Assembly (NCBI GenBank): GCA_964016885.1
Contig: OZ024742.1
Location: 324,818,001-324,882,000, forward strand
DNA: 64,000 nt
Direction: 5' to 3'
Source of the DNA: Eledone cirrhosa
Taxonomy: Eukaryota
Shown: positions 1 through 15,030 of the stretch, in pieces
Layout of the letters: each line of letters starts with the position of its first letter
Position numbering within the stretch: position 1 is the first letter of the stretch
Notes under the pieces: generated by a model
Database searches by the model: none
Told to the model about the DNA's origin: nothing
What the model saw: only the letters and a program-made list of their open reading frames with translations
Made by a program: the position numbers and the translations under genes

Positions 1-257
1 CCTTTCTAGTGGGTCCGGGTATGATTTTACATTCATTTAAATTATTGACGTATTGTTTTATTGATATTTTTTATCTGTTTGGCCCGAATCTTCCTTTATC
101 GATTTTAAATCGTATGGTTGATTGTAGACTTGTTCTATATGTGACGGTATTTTAACGATAGTTATAGCTCTGATTCATCTGAATTATTGAGCCCTCTGCC
201 GCTCATATCGGATTTCGTTTTTCGTTAACTCGTGCGCCGATTTTTCGATACTCGATC

Positions 258-311
<54 letters not shown>

Positions 312-318
<7 letters not shown>

Positions 319-606
319 CATGCACACATATATATATGTACGTATGGATTCACCGAACATTTATTATAATGCTCGGTGTGTTTGTAAACAAACATCCCGA
401 ATTAAGCCGTACAGTGTCTAGCAACCATCGTAATAAGCTTGAAACTAGTACAGCGTTCCTTTGTCAGTGTTGAACAAATGAGCAACGATGGTTGCTAGAC
501 ACTGTACGGCTTAATTCGGGATGTTTGTTTGCAAACACACCGAGCATTATAATAAATGTTCGGTGAATCCATACGTACATATATATATATGTTTGCATGT
601 ATGTAT
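312..606. repeat. Fold-back inverted repeat (about 120-bp arms) between (TA)n tracts
   Basis: 312-431 is the near-perfect reverse complement of 485-606. The spacer has GAAACTAGTA (441-450), resembling the 3' half of a minimal HHR, but no CTGANGA. Confidence 0.9.
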
Positions 607-787
607 ATATATATATATATATATATATACATACTACTGTACGTCTGTATACATATAAGTATGTACGTATACATACTTATATTTAAGTAACAGCCGTACT
701 AAGCGTAAGAAATGAAATTTCGTTTCATTTTTGCCGTTTATATATATATATATGTATACCATTTAGATCGCGGTTGATTCATTTTTC

Positions 788-901
<114 letters not shown>

Positions 902-1017
902 AGGTTTAATCGGGGTAACCACAGTAAGTAAGGTACTCAATACATAGTAGAGTATAAATAAATATACAAATGGCTTCTACAGGACTAGAGCTGTTTTATT
1001 CGGACATTATCAGCAAA

Positions 1018-1067
1018 GCTTTCCTGATGATTTCCTTCGAATGAAACAGTTCTAGTCCTGTATAAGC
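1018..1067 (+). ncRNA. Type I hammerhead ribozyme motif (family A)
   Basis: gctttc-CTGATGA(1024-1030)-tttc cttc gaat-GAAA(1043-1046)-cag..ctGTA(1060-1062)-taagc. A decayed mirror copy lies on the - strand at about 972-1017. Homologous to 12381-12557 and 15031-15300. Confidence 0.7.
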
Positions 1068-1142
1068 CATTTCTATATTAAATATCTATATATATATGTA
1101 AATGTATGTATGTATATATATATATTCATGTATGTATCTGAA

Positions 1143-1445
1143 GGTGTGTGCCTTCCTGGGTAGGGAATCGGCTCACGATCGTAAGGTCATGAGTTCGATT
1201 CCTGGCGGCGCGCTGTGTCCTTGAGCAACGTATTTTATTTCAGGTCGCTCCAACTGAGTTGTACTGTAATTCGAAGGATTAGCCTTGCCTCCTTCATTGT
1301 CCCTCCAAATCTCCCTGAGAACTACGTAAAGGGTACGCGTGTTTGAGTTATGCTCAGCCACTTGCACGTTAATTTCAAGTGCAAGCAGTTCCGTTGATCG
1401 GATCAACTGGGACATTCGTCTTCGTAACCGATGGAGTACCTTCCA
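1143..1445 (+). mobile_element. tRNA-derived SINE with CORE-like segment
   Basis: B-box-like GAGTTCGATTCC followed by TGTGTCCTTGAGCAA, ending in (ATGT)/(TA)n. Related pieces at about 10197-10330, 22495-22575 and 55340-55500. Confidence 0.65.
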
Positions 1446-1465
1446 CTCCATGTATGTATGTGTGC

Positions 1466-1516
<51 letters not shown>

Positions 1517-1554
1517 ATAATAATAAATGGAAACTATATTTATAAAACCATATT

Positions 1555-1610
1555 TATTTTATTATATATATTTCAAGGCAAATTATGGTGCGCTTTCATC
1601 AGATAAAATA
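1555..1610 (-). ncRNA. Type I hammerhead ribozyme motif (family B)
   Basis: Minus strand reads tattttat-CTGATGA-aagcgca ccataatt tgcctt-GAAA-tatatat-A-ataaaata: 8-bp stem I, palindromic stem III, AUA site. Flank 1512-1686 is homologous to 49803-49980. Confidence 0.8.
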
Positions 1611-1733
1611 CAGATTTGTTTTATAAATAAATATTGATACACCTGGAAAAAAAGACAACCTTAACGGTTGGAACTTCCTGGATAGTCCTGGGTATTTAAG
1701 CTTGTTGAATCCCAACAAATTAAATATAACCTC

Positions 1734-1777
<44 letters not shown>

Positions 1778-3959
1778 GATGAGTGTGTGTGTACGCATGT
1801 GTGAATAATTTACTAACATATTCAATTTATAAAACGTAACTGCTGATCTTCAAGTGATACTGGAGGGTAATCTTACAAAGGATATCAGTATTAATGGGTG
1901 TTTGTCATGAAGTCTATCTGTTACTAAACGATCTTTAGTAACTTTTGCATTCGTGCATATATAGAATGTTCTACACATAAAATATTCCTCCTCGGTAGTT
2001 GACTGCGCCTTTTTATTATTTTCATTGTCATGCTTAAGTTAACATATTGTTTCTTTTCATGGCAGCGTCTTTTCTCTGTTTTAGACATTTTGCTGTTAGC
2101 TCTGTAATTCTCAAGACTTAAAGAAAACACACCCAGGTGCAGATAATTTGTAGCAGCTGTTGTTATGTTGTAGACAACGCTGCCAGGAGTTGTATTATAT
2201 ATTGTATAGGGATGGTAGGCTACAGATATTGCTGTCAGTTCCGTTGAGATTTTGAATGTTGGCCATCTCTACTTCATGTTAAATAAATTGTTGGTGGTAA
2301 CAGTAATGCTAATTCTTGTGGTTGATGCTTTGATTTGCAGGCTTTTCTTCGTGATACTGCTCTGCAGTGTCGTCTCACAGTTCATTACGAACCAAATCGT
2401 ATGAACCAAATCTATATAAAAGCAACGTACTGACAATAAATCGCACAATCGCAAACGAAGCCCCCCCCCCCCTATCCATTATTGATAACTTCAAAAAATG
2501 TCCATATCATCACCTGTTTTAAAGATGTTTACTACACTTCTAGTCTCTTCATAGCCATTCGACAGAGAAGATCTCCCTGTTCTATATTTTCAATGAGAGG
2601 TTAATCATCTATAACATCTCTCTTGGTAACGCCCTGCAAGTGAAACGTCATAACTAAACACCTCTCCCTCACACTACCGGGAAAGCTGTCTACCAGCTGT
2701 CAGTTGCACTATATATTTAAATAGATTATGCGGAAACAAAATATCAGATATTTGTTGATAAGAAACAACAAATTTTAACTGTATAAAAACTATGCTAATA
2801 ATAAAAATATCATCATAACAAAATTAGAAAAAATAATATCGCCAGTTGCAGGATATACGTTCTGTATATAAAAAAAACCCATTTTCCAACAAGATAATTC
2901 TATAAAAAAGATAATATTTCTATATATAATATGCCATAGTCAATCTCGGATAGATCTGAACTCAGCTGTTAAAGAGGCGTAACCGCATGGCCTAGGATAT
3001 TTTGTGAAGCTTCTCTACCAATTCTACTAATTAATATTGTATATTGCCGCATAATATGTATGTAGTGTTTACTTGTATTGTGGTGTTAATTGAAAGTCCA
3101 AATGCAGTACAGCAAAAATAATAAAAAAAAGAAGGAAAATATAAAATCAAAAAAACAAACAAAAACAAGACAAAAAGTAGTTATTTCATTCTATTTCTTC
3201 ATAGGCAAAAATCAGACAAACATTGATGCAAACATGTCTTATGTAATGAATGAAGAAAATGTCATCATTGAATATTTCACGCGTAATGAGGAGAAAAAGA
3301 AACTTTGTCACAGATTAATTCAAGTCAATCAAGGAGATCAGGAGAGATATTCCTGAAATTTGAATATATTTTAAACTAATTAAATATTCTGTGTGAACAG
3401 ACCTTGAAGTGTGATAATTACGTACATGTTTCTGTTTAATGGAGTCTTTTCAGCAAAAGAAAGTCATATCCATATTGACATGTCTTAGCGAGTTGAAAGA
3501 AATTAGGGAATATGACTATGTAACATATACTATAACCTGGTGCACCTTTGTGCATATTAACAATGAGATCATACTTAACTGCTCAGTTAAAACAATCAAA
3601 GACGGATGAAAATGTATGATGTTTTCACAAAACATCAACATTCTGGAATATATAATTCAATAAAAACGGAAAGACGTGACAGCAGCTTACAATAATGGCT
3701 GCGGGAAATACATGACAACTAGTGTATGGCAACGTCACCATTTCTCTTTTTTAAATTCATTTCATGCAAAAGACAGCCGCGAGAGAGCTGCCATCTATCA
3801 CGAAAATGACGAAAAAGAAATCTTGTCTGTGCAGATATTTTTATCCACCTACATTTTCATTTATAAGGTTTATCAATTTATATATAAAAAAAACCTCATT
3901 ACAATCATGTACGTTGATATGTTAAGCGGCTGTTGATACATAAGTGAGAAAAGAAATAC

Positions 3960-4340
3960 CTTCTTCTTCTTCTTCTTCTTCTTCTTCTTCTTCTTCTTCT
4001 TCTTCTTCTTCTTCTTCTTCTTCTTCTTCTTCTTCTTCTTCTTCTTCTTTGGTGCATAACATTTCACCACCCACAAAGACCTATCTTTCAACCTAATCCT
4101 CATGAGGCAAATCGTCCCTCCTAAGGGCATCCACCTATATAGTGGAGTTTCCATCCTCCATCCAAATTTAAAGTATCTGATGTTGAAGAAACACCGACTG
4201 TTTCTATCCGGTAGCGTGTAGCCCCCTCCACTAGTTCCTGCTCCTTACCAGTAATGGTTGTGTTGTTCCACGTTCCAGTTGTCGAGGTTTGCTCTCTTCC
4301 GAACCCTCTTTGGTATCTCGGGATGCACAATCTCACAAAT
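3960..4340 (-). mobile_element. Internally deleted RTE-clade LINE fragment with (GAA)n tail
   Basis: ORF 4121-4336 GTWNNTTITGKEQELVE..RYRIETVGVSST..GWKLHY resembles the start of an RTE APE endonuclease and runs into (GAA)n at 3960-4049. Confidence 0.6.
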
Positions 4341-4621
4341 CAAAATAATTTGGACAGGAAAAGTTTCCCGATTGGTACAAATATAATTTGCAACCGGTTC
4401 CCTTTTCTGGTATTGTAACTACGACAACTAAAATATAAGTAGGTTTTCATTCGTACAATATGGTAATTTATCTAGGATCTATAGAAGTATATAGAATTTG
4501 AGACAGATATTCTTATGTATAGAAGGAAAATATATGCATGCACGCATTTCTGCAAAATTGAACACACATTATTAAACAGAAACAGATGTGCAAATACGTA
4601 CATACACATGTATACACATGT

Positions 4622-4686
<65 letters not shown>

Positions 4687-5864
4687 TATGAATTCATGAA
4701 TTTATATACATATATATTGTAAAATATTCAATTAAGCACAGTGATACTCGCTGTTCCACACAATCACACACGCGATGAATATAGCTGGAATTCGTCACAG
4801 GGCATTGCGTCATTTCCAGATTCTGAAGCAACCGGTCGTCAGAAATATTGCCAGGTTCACTGTTGAATTAACAGGCGCGGTTCCTCTTGCAAAAAATCCA
4901 GCTTTAGGAACGCACAATCGTAAAAGAATCTATAAACATCGAGTGTATATCATTCCCTCTACATATCAGCTTTAGGAGCAGAAAAAATTAGCACTTGAAT
5001 CCAAGTGCATCACTCTGCACAAAACAGTAGTTCACTAGAAACGCGGGACGTAACTGCTCTGATCAAATGATTAGCCGTAAGGAATGAGAACCTACCTAAA
5101 ATATGCTCTTAGAGATATAACATATTTTCTCTATGTTTATGAATAGAATATCTGTAAATGCTGCGAAATATGTCGCGTGTCTGTCATTGGGAAGATATGA
5201 GCAAAGATGTAATGTATACCCCAACTATTGTTCAATAAATATATATTATAATTCATATTTATTATGAGAACCAACATTTATAAATTTGTAGAGTTTATAA
5301 ATCAGCAGCTCTAATACTTATTAAAGTAAATGTTTGGATTAAAATGAAAAGTGTTGCAGATACTGTCAGGGTGTAAACCTATATATGTCACAGCGATCAT
5401 AAGAAAAGGGACGGAATTTGCTCATAAATGTATGGATTTTTGTTCGATAAAATCATTTACTTTTATTGGAAAAGATCCATGAAGCTGGAAAACTTTTTAT
5501 TTCTGAAAATGTTCGCTGCTATCATATTATTACACAATGCAGGAAGCCGTATAAATCATCTTACTCGTGTAAATTGAGAATTTACGAGATCATTCACCGC
5601 TACATTCATATCATGTAACACAGGACTCTGGTAAAATCATTTCGTTTATTTGCATACATTTAACACTATTAAATTAGTTCTGATGTATGAGATTCGTATA
5701 ATTGAGCGTATTTTTAAGTTAGTTTACCAACATGTCAAAAGACTGATAACTGAAAAACCAAAGAGTAAAGGATTGCAAATGCAATCCAGATAATTCTCTT
5801 CTGTACCCTCTTTCTGGTCCCATTGTTTCGTGATTATATATAATATAATATATATTATGATGTA

Positions 5865-5920
<56 letters not shown>

Positions 5921-6203
5921 TTATAATATATATATATATACATATGTGTGTGTATGGCTGTGTGTGTGTGTTATATAGATATGCACACGTACACATATAT
6001 ATATATACACACAAATATATAAATACACACACAAATATATAAATACACACATATATACATATGTATGTATATCGAACACTAAAACTAATGTTCCATTCGT
6101 TTGAAAACAAACGAGCCGATTTGAAGCGGGTAATAGGAAAATAGTCAGGAACCCGGCGGCTGAGCTCTGGCCGTTTGGACAGCTAGATCCGACTCTTTTG
6201 CTA

Positions 6204-6320
<117 letters not shown>

Positions 6321-6644
6321 CCCCAGTGCATCAATAACTAATATAAGTTATTGGGAAAAAACAATTGGAGAGAGAGAAAGAAAATATATAATAACAGAAG
6401 GGAAAAGGGAAGAAAAGAGAAAAGCGAACAAATTGGAAACAACAAAACGAAGAGAGAAACCTGGAGACAAGTGTGTGAGCAACTCGAAGAGGGAAAATTA
6501 AAGTCAACAACAATTACTGAACTTAAGTTTTAGATTGTGCGGACGAGAAAAAAGACACGTCTGACCTCCGCAAGAGTAAGTGAGGAAGTGACTGCTAGAG
6601 GGACAGGCGAGGGAAATTTACACACTGGGGCTAGATATCTGGTT

Positions 6645-6941
<297 letters not shown>

Positions 6942-7943
6942 CGTGTGTGTATGTATGTGTGTGTGTGCGCGCATATGTGTGTTTATATATATATATATTG
7001 TGTTTACGTGTGCATACTTACATTTATGTATCAGCTGTGCTAAGGTGAGAAATAAATTCTAATTATATATATATATACAAACATCAAATAAATACGGAAA
7101 TGAAATTCAAATTAAGCTAAAAGAGGCACCGTACATCTTAGAAAACACCAAGTCATAAATCACATAAAATTCACAAAGTGAAGAAACGCACAAAAGCCAA
7201 GTAGTTTCACCTTTAAAATAACTAGAATATAGGCTCGTTTAGAAACTAAAATCTACCCAAGACCGCAGTTGTCGGCATCATCTGGTTACTATTGCACACA
7301 CACATATATATACACATATACATCTCAAACACACATACAAACACATAAACACACATACACACATATATATAAATATATATGTGTGCAACTGGTAAAATGA
7401 AATTCACGTGTATCATGCACATATAGTCGCAAGGTTATTGACATAAAGTTATGAATATTTACGAGGTAAGTGAAGAACACGATGAAGTAAAGACGACAAA
7501 GACGTATAACAAAATAAAAATGGCATCTAATAATTCGATGATAACGGAAGCTACTACATCGATGATGCTAATATCGAGAGATGAATTAGCAGGACGGGGC
7601 AATATTTATAATAACGTTACTGCATATGCTAATGATTATATGCATCATAATTAATATTGACATCACATGCATTATCATAGAAGAATGAGTGATAGAACGA
7701 GTGTGATGGTGTAAAGAATATATTCTGTTTGATTTTTCTTTATGTTATGAGATCTCAACACACAGATCAACATTATCATTCATTGCTCCATGATCGATAG
7801 AATAATTAAAGAGTTATCAAGTATTGAGGTCAACTTATCTACACAATATTCCAAAAGTTGCTGTCTTGTACATAAGTTAAACATTAACATGATGATGATA
7901 ATGATGCTGATGATGATCATCATCATACCCATTATATTCTTCT

Positions 7944-7975
<32 letters not shown>

Positions 7976-8169
7976 TTCTTCTTCTTCTTCTTCTTCTTCT
8001 TCTTCTTCTTCTTCTTCTTCTTCTTCTTCTTCTTCTTCTTCTTCTTCTCACCACTATTTTCTGTTTTTGCATTGTCTCGAATGTGATGGGCACTTGTGGG
8101 TTATACATGTTTATTTGTGCCTAAAGTAGAAACAATTAATATTACTCGCTTCGTGATTATTATGTGGTC

Positions 8170-8632
8170 GTCTAGACACCATAAATTTGTGATTCTATGT
8201 CGTTGATCTAGATAGGCTTCATAGACAGTGACCCGGGTACTAAAAGTTGGTCGCGTCGTTCCCGGCACGCAGAGAATACGAAGAATGGATTAGTGAATTA
8301 GCTAAGCAGGCTTTAACGGGGGAAATCGTCAACAACAAATCATGTTTCTTAAAGAATGGGGTTATTAGAGCAGAATCGCTAAGATTTAGCAAGGCTGTAA
8401 CGATAGAGAAAACTAAACAGCCTTTTTCCATGTCTATTCAGGTGGAGCGGGGTTTAGGACATGGTAGCAGACTATAGTTCCTACCTCGACGACTTCGGTG
8501 ATGATGCGGAGTGCTGCGAAAACCCTATAGCAACAGCCGAAATAAGAGAAACCCTGCCTGTATATGCGGTGCGTAAATCGCATGGTTTAGATAGTCAACC
8601 TTATAAGGTTTACGTAGACATGTCAGATTCGT
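8170..8632 (+). pseudogene. Decayed L1/Tx1 ORF2 fragment related to the element at 45208-48645
   Basis: ISELAKQALTGEIVNN..IRAESLRFSK and DYSSYLDD..AECCENPI..EI..RKSHGLDSQPY align by eye with ISRLVKERLTGAIVNN..IRTESISYSK and DFGPYLDG..AESCEGPI..EI..RKSPGLDGIPY. Confidence 0.75.
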
Positions 8633-8639
8633 CCATAAA

Positions 8640-9300
8640 AATCATCAAATGTGAAAAGATCAATTATGAGATACAATCAGTCAACGGCATTATTGGTAAT
8701 GTAAATACCGTTTTATTGTTCGTGAAAGATTTAAAGTTGTATGGCCGTAATGAAACAGAAGTTCATTCACTTGACCACACAGTGAGGATTGTATCATATG
8801 GCATAGGCATTGAATTTAATTTAGACAAGTGCAAAACATTGTCCATGATAAGCTAAAATTAGTTGGATTAAAAAGAGCGCTCAGGGCATTATTACTGCCG
8901 CAAAAGAGCAGACACTCAGAATAAATTGGGTGAAAGCTAACATCCATGGGGAAAATTACTCCCCTCCTTTCAGAGTATGCAATAAAACAGACGAATCTGT
9001 GGCACATAATGCTTGTAGATGTGAGCAATTAGCAATAAGACGTTATAAGATATGGTATGATCTTATAGCAAATAGAGTCATTGGGTGTTTTTCAAAAATT
9101 AAAACATAGAAACGCAATGTCAGTGGTACGGACATACTTCACTTTAATCCTGCCTATCAGGTGAGGGAGTAGAGTTATTTTGGGACCTTGTGATCATGAC
9201 TAGAAGCTAAGTCCAACACAACTGAGCTGATATTGTGAAAACAAACAACCCCTCAAAATAGACTGATTGATATTGCGATTACTTAAGACCACAATGTGGT
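8640..9300 (+). pseudogene. Decayed R4/Dong-like non-LTR retrotransposon fragments
   Basis: LLFVKDLKLYGRNETEVHSL..TVRIVSYGIGIEFNLDKC matches the R4-type RT motif-5 region. Traces of WD..I.T, DIV and LIDIAI (REL endonuclease) at about 9180-9300. Confidence 0.6.
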
Positions 9301-9873
9301 AGTCTGTGTAGCTTGTTATGTGGTTACCCGGCATATAACACTTGCGTGGTTATATTCTCATAAGTGATACTGTCAACTCTTCTTGTCTCATTTTGCATAT
9401 GTAACTGTATGTCATAAGTTTAAATTCATTAGCATAAAAACGTTCCACCTCCATATATATCTATATGTGTGTTTGCGTATCTGTGTGTATGTCTAGCTAA
9501 GTATATTTATATGCGTTACTGCGCTGAAAAAAATCATATCTTTATCTAATAGTATTCTGTCTAGTTTGAATGAGACCATCATCTGAGGCGTGTTAGTGAT
9601 ATATTCAATTCCATGGTGCGTGACGTCCAATATTTTTGTTCAAATAATCGGATATTTATAAATGGAGACAAACATCTTTATCATTAGTTTCCCTATAATT
9701 CAGTAAAATTGGTATGTTCTGTAAATAGCAGTGTGGGCTTATCATTTTCTCGCCAGAGTAGAATTATTGCCACTTCTTTCTTTTATTTGAATTGATTTTA
9801 TTTTTGGAAGTAGAAATAATTAATTTTTAGGATGAAAAGAAACATTGATTCATATATATATATATGAATCAAT

Positions 9874-9919
<46 letters not shown>

Positions 9920-9922
<3 letters not shown>

Positions 9923-10138
9923 AATTCTGGATGTCGGTGAGCATGTCCAGCTAACCTCAGTCTCCTCTCTGGGAGCCCCTACATGGACACACTAGAAGAG
10001 GAAGACCAAGGTTAACGTATGTTGATGCCCTAAGGACAGACACTGGTCTGTTGGAGACGCAGAACATGGCAGCGATAATGAGGGACAGAGACCGCTGGAG
10101 AGAACTCGTCCATGGATCTCGGGAATTTTACCCGCCTT

Positions 10139-10140
<2 letters not shown>
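9920..10140 (+). mobile_element. RTE-clade LINE 3' end fragment
   Basis: Translates LWEPLHGHTRRGRPRLTYVDALRTDTGL..MRDRDRWRELV, a typical RTE C-terminus. Flanked by (TA)n. Confidence 0.7.
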
Positions 10141-10196
<56 letters not shown>

Positions 10197-10671
10197 GTGG
10201 AGGTACGTGGTAAGGGTGTTGGACTTACGACCATAACGTTATTGGTTCAATTTCTGGACTGGGTTGTGTGTTGTAATTCATGTTACTCCAGTATACTTAC
10301 CTGAAAATGAGTACCAGCAATAGCTGGAAGTATATCCCTGCGATGGACTAGTACCCCGTCAAGGGGACGTATTATACTCGCACGGAAACTGGGATACACT
10401 TACATGTGCGGAATACCAAATTACATCACATGCTTAAAAAGTCAATGTCATACCAGAACGGAAGCAAGAAATGTCCTCTTTACGCAAGTGAGACATTCAA
10501 GATTTTAAACTCTCAGGATAAATACCTCAACTCGAAGACAGAGATCTCCAGAAATTGCTTGAAATAAAAGAGATTCTTTTATTATTATGTATAAGCGTGT
10601 GCGAGTATATGTCTATTAAAAAAAAACTTTTACATTTTAATAAATTTTAAATATTTGTTTGTGTATAAATA

Positions 10672-11861
10672 CAGGGTGCGGACGGTATTTGAGGACACAT
10701 GTATTTTTAGTCATTTTATTTGACTAATTTTTATTGAACTTCCATTTCAGAAAATAACAATGAAAATAACTATGCTTACTAATGAAATGAAAAGGCATGT
10801 TGTGATTGTGGCTTTGAAGGCTAAGCATGGGGTTTTAGAAATTTCTCGTTTTCTGAAAGTTGCAAGATCTTTTGTCCACAAGATTCGGTGTGAGTTAGAG
10901 AAAGAAGATGGAAGCGTATTACCTGTATCAAAACGTAAAAAACATTCCAAACGCTCTGATTCTATCAGGACACCTGAATTTATTCAGGAAGTTAAGCAAA
11001 ACATTGATGACAATCCAGGAAAATCAATGAGGTCAATTTCAAAAACGTTTGGTCTCAGAAAAAGCAATCAGAAATGTTGTGCATGAAGACATCAGATACA
11101 AAGCTAACGTGACGAGGAGAGGTCAATTCATGTCAGAAAACACGAAAGAAAAGCGTTTAATCAGATCCAAAAGACTTTTAAACAAACTTAAAAATCCATC
11201 AGAAGATGGTGTGATTTGGTTTTGCTCAGATAAGAAAAACTTTGACCAGGACCACAAAACTAACAGAAGAAATGACAGATGGCTATGTGCAGACCCTTCT
11301 GCAAGTGTCATTGTTTTGGGTGTTTTAGCAACCTCAGGGTGAATGCTGCTGCGTATATTGAGGTTGTGGAAAATTTTGTTAAGCCTTGGATCAACAGTGT
11401 AAGCAATGGAAGGCCTTAGGTCTTTCAACAAGATACTGCACCATTACACAAGGCACAATTGACACAAGAATGGATGACTGACAACTTGCATGATCACATC
11501 ACCCGCAACATTTGGCCTCCTAATTCTCCAGGTCTCAATCCACTGGACTACTATGTATGGAACATCGTTAAGAAAAATGTCATTGAACACCCCTATAGCA
11601 CCAAAGATACTTTGAAAGCCGTCATAATTCGAGTCATGTCCAATATGAACAAGGATCACTTAATCCGAACTTGCAAACGATTTCGACCCCGTGTAGAGGC
11701 AGTTATTGATGCTTATGGTGGTTTTATTGAATTAAATTATTACATTGATAATTTAGCTTTATGTTTATGTTATTTTTATAAGAATACGGATTTTTTCTGT
11801 TATTATATAAGCGTTTTTTTTTTAAACCATAAATCTGTCCTCAAATACCGTCCGCACACTC
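10672..11861 (+). mobile_element. Tc1/mariner DNA transposon, DD37D (maT-type), defective
   Basis: 26-bp TIRs at 10672-10697 and 11836-11861 (2 mismatches), with TA on both sides. Frameshifted transposase 10760-11740 contains IWFCSD and FQQD-x37-D (WPPNSPGLNPLD). Confidence 0.92.
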
Positions 11862-12340
11862 TATATTTGTATTTTTTATCCGATATAATTTTAACTTAAT
11901 TACTTTAGCTATTTTCAAAATAACTGATAAGTCAAAGGTTGCTTCCCTTGATCCTCAATTCACGTAAGGGAACCAAATGTGTAAATAATTGGTCTACAGG
12001 CGGAAATTTAAAGCCATAATTATTTCCTCCCTTGTTTCCAAAATGAAACTCTGCGCTGTTTGGAGCAAAGATTGTCGGTGGAAATTACTTTGCCTTTCAT
12101 AAATTTGTCACGAGGCCCGATGACAAGTTTTTAAAAACTGTCTCCTCCGATATACAGTGGTAGCATTAGCTAGACCACTAAACCAAGGGGAGCACATACA
12201 TGTCAATTGTATGAAACTTTGTTTATATTAAATAAGTTCTCTTGCAACAAATTGAGCCCTATTTTCCTTGATCTTTCATCTATGGATTCCGCGCAGCCCC
12301 TCTCTCTCCCTCTTTCTCTCTCTCTCCACACACACACACC

Positions 12341-12379
<39 letters not shown>

Positions 12380-12380
12380 G

Positions 12381-12557
12381 AGCTTCCTGATGATTTCTCA
12401 CGAATGAAACTGATCTAGAATAACTATATATAAGTTATTCCGGGTTGAATCGGAGGTAACCACAGTAAGTAAGGTACTCAATACATAGCAGATTATAAAA
12501 GTTTTAATATAGAAGAGCTTCTACAGGACTAGAACAGTTTCATTCGTGAGAAATCAT
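12381..12557. mobile_element. Family A HHR-bearing fragment with two partial, inverted ribozyme halves
   Basis: Plus strand: agcttc-CTGATGA(12387-12393)-stem II-GAAA(12406-12409), truncated. Minus strand 12511-12557: ATGA-stem II-GAAA..GTA-gaagct. 12451-12500 matches 911-958. Confidence 0.7.
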
Positions 12558-12627
12558 GATACAAAGAATCAGAGATCCTATTTTACGAATTTGGCAATTC
12601 ATTCCGTCTTGGAGCAAAATCGTTATT

Positions 12628-12685
<58 letters not shown>

Positions 12686-12694
12686 TCTCTCTCT

Positions 12695-12801
<107 letters not shown>

Positions 12802-13849
12802 CTTCAGTTCTGATATATTTCAATAATGGACCTGCTATGTTGTTGGCGACGCACTATCTCTCTATTTATTGGCAAAATAACAAAGAATTCTCTTGTATTT
12901 CTTTCAGTGTTGTCTCGTGCAGTCGTTAGGTTATTTACAATCCACTGATCAATTTAGTTTACAGAAGAAGACACAAAATGCAGTTCATTCGACGCAGGTG
13001 ATTATTGCCGAGATTGGTTTATATTTTTTTACTATAAAAATTGTTTGCAAGGTAGATAAAGTAAAGTCTTTGTAACTGCATATACTATCACTTCATTATA
13101 TGGATCACAAAGAATCTATAAACTCAGTAAAAGCATCGAATCAATACATTTCTATATTGAGCAGTATTAAGTATTACGAAATGAAGTTTTGTCAATGAAT
13201 AAGATTTTATATGAAATAGAATAATCTTCATAGCTATCCCTAAATAATTATTTCAAGCACAGCACATGTCCTCTACAGCTGACATTTCGATTCTTGTTAT
13301 TTATTGTGCTATTTCATTGTCAATGATCTGCTGTAATATTCAACATTCAAAAATAAACATTAATATAATCGTCAGCTATGCATAAACACTTATACAGACT
13401 TCAGTTTTATAAAATCATTTAAACAGTCAAGGAATGAGATTTAACACATACCTGGGCAGGGATTTCTACATCGTCAAACGATGGACAGGATAACTATGAA
13501 GTTCCAATAGGGGTAAACGATTTTTTTAATACATTGAAACATTTTCAAAGGTCACAGTAAATACCCCTGCCTATTTAATGTGTACACACTGCAGCACACT
13601 AGCATAAGCCCTGGCTGTCACAAAATCTTTTAGTGACAGTCAGAGAAATTAAGACAAATGTAATGTATGTGACTGAGAGCATGGCTGTAGGAAAAATAGC
13701 AATGAGAGATAAAACGAAATAGAAACGGCATCGCAGAATGCGTTCTCAGAAAGCTAACGTTTATTCCGAGGTTTGTCTTCATAGTATAAAAGTGAAGACA
13801 AAACTCTTGTTCCTCATGATGCTATATTATCTGTCTGCCTATGGATCTG

Positions 13850-13893
<44 letters not shown>

Positions 13894-13898
<5 letters not shown>

Positions 13899-14012
13899 AG
13901 ATTTGAATGGATACAGTTTAGTTGAAAGGAATTTATTGACACGTGTTTCTATAACAGTTACATAACCTGAAAACAGCTGCTATCTACAAAAGTGTATTCA
14001 TGTATTAAAGTG

Positions 14013-14087
<75 letters not shown>

Positions 14088-14805
14088 GTATATACAGATG
14101 TGTATGTATATGTATGTGTGTACACATAGACTAGAGTATGTATGTATATATGTGTGTGTCTATACGTGTGTATATAAAGATAAGTTGAGTATGAAAATGT
14201 ATACACATGAACGCGTATGTATGTACATGAATACATGAATACATGTGTGTATGTATATATGTATGCATGTGTATATGTATGTAAGTATGAATATGTGAAT
14301 GTGAGTATATGTATTTTGTAGAGGTGTGCAAATATATTTGAGTGTGAATGCGTGGGTGACAGGATACGTACACTTGAAAGAAAAATTTAAGTCTGAATGT
14401 CAATTAAGTGCAAACACAAAACCAACCACGCATATCTTTACTATCTCTAATCCTTCTATAAATTTAGAAAAATAACCAATAATATATTCTATAAAAATGT
14501 CAAAACAACAGATGAGAATCTAATTACTCACTGCCACCAAAAATTCTCACTGCTATCAACAAACCACTCCCTCAACTATTCTTCTAACAACTTCACCCCT
14601 CCCTCCTAATATTCTCTATAAAAACCAAATAGGTCCTCAGTAATATTATTCTGATGAAATGACTGTAAATAATAACATTGAAATATTGAATGTCTGCATA
14701 ACTAAAACTTTGTAGATAGCAGCTGTTTTCAGGTTATGTAACTGTTATAGAAACACGTGTCAATAAATTTCTTTCAACTAAACTGTATCCATTCAAATCT
14801 TTCTA
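13894..14805. repeat. Inverted repeat, 97-bp arms, about 720-bp spacer
   Basis: 13894-13990 is the reverse complement of 14709-14805 (about 1 mismatch). The locus is bounded by (TA)n. Confidence 0.9.
14646..14766 (+). ncRNA. Type I hammerhead motif with long stem II
   Basis: ttatt-CTGATGA(14651-14657)-92 nt-GAAA(14750-14753)-palindromic ACACGTGT-GUC site(14759-14761)-aataa. The base of stem II (aatgactgt/actgttata) pairs imperfectly. Confidence 0.7.
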
Positions 14806-14913
14806 TTTTTCTCCGGATTACTTTTGGAACTACAACTGTAACCGTCGAGCAAACTCTATGTGAGCTGTCAATCTACTGTGTGTAATATTTATATTACAAT
14901 ACAACGGAAAATA

Positions 14914-15021
<108 letters not shown>

Positions 15022-15030
15022 TTTATTTTA

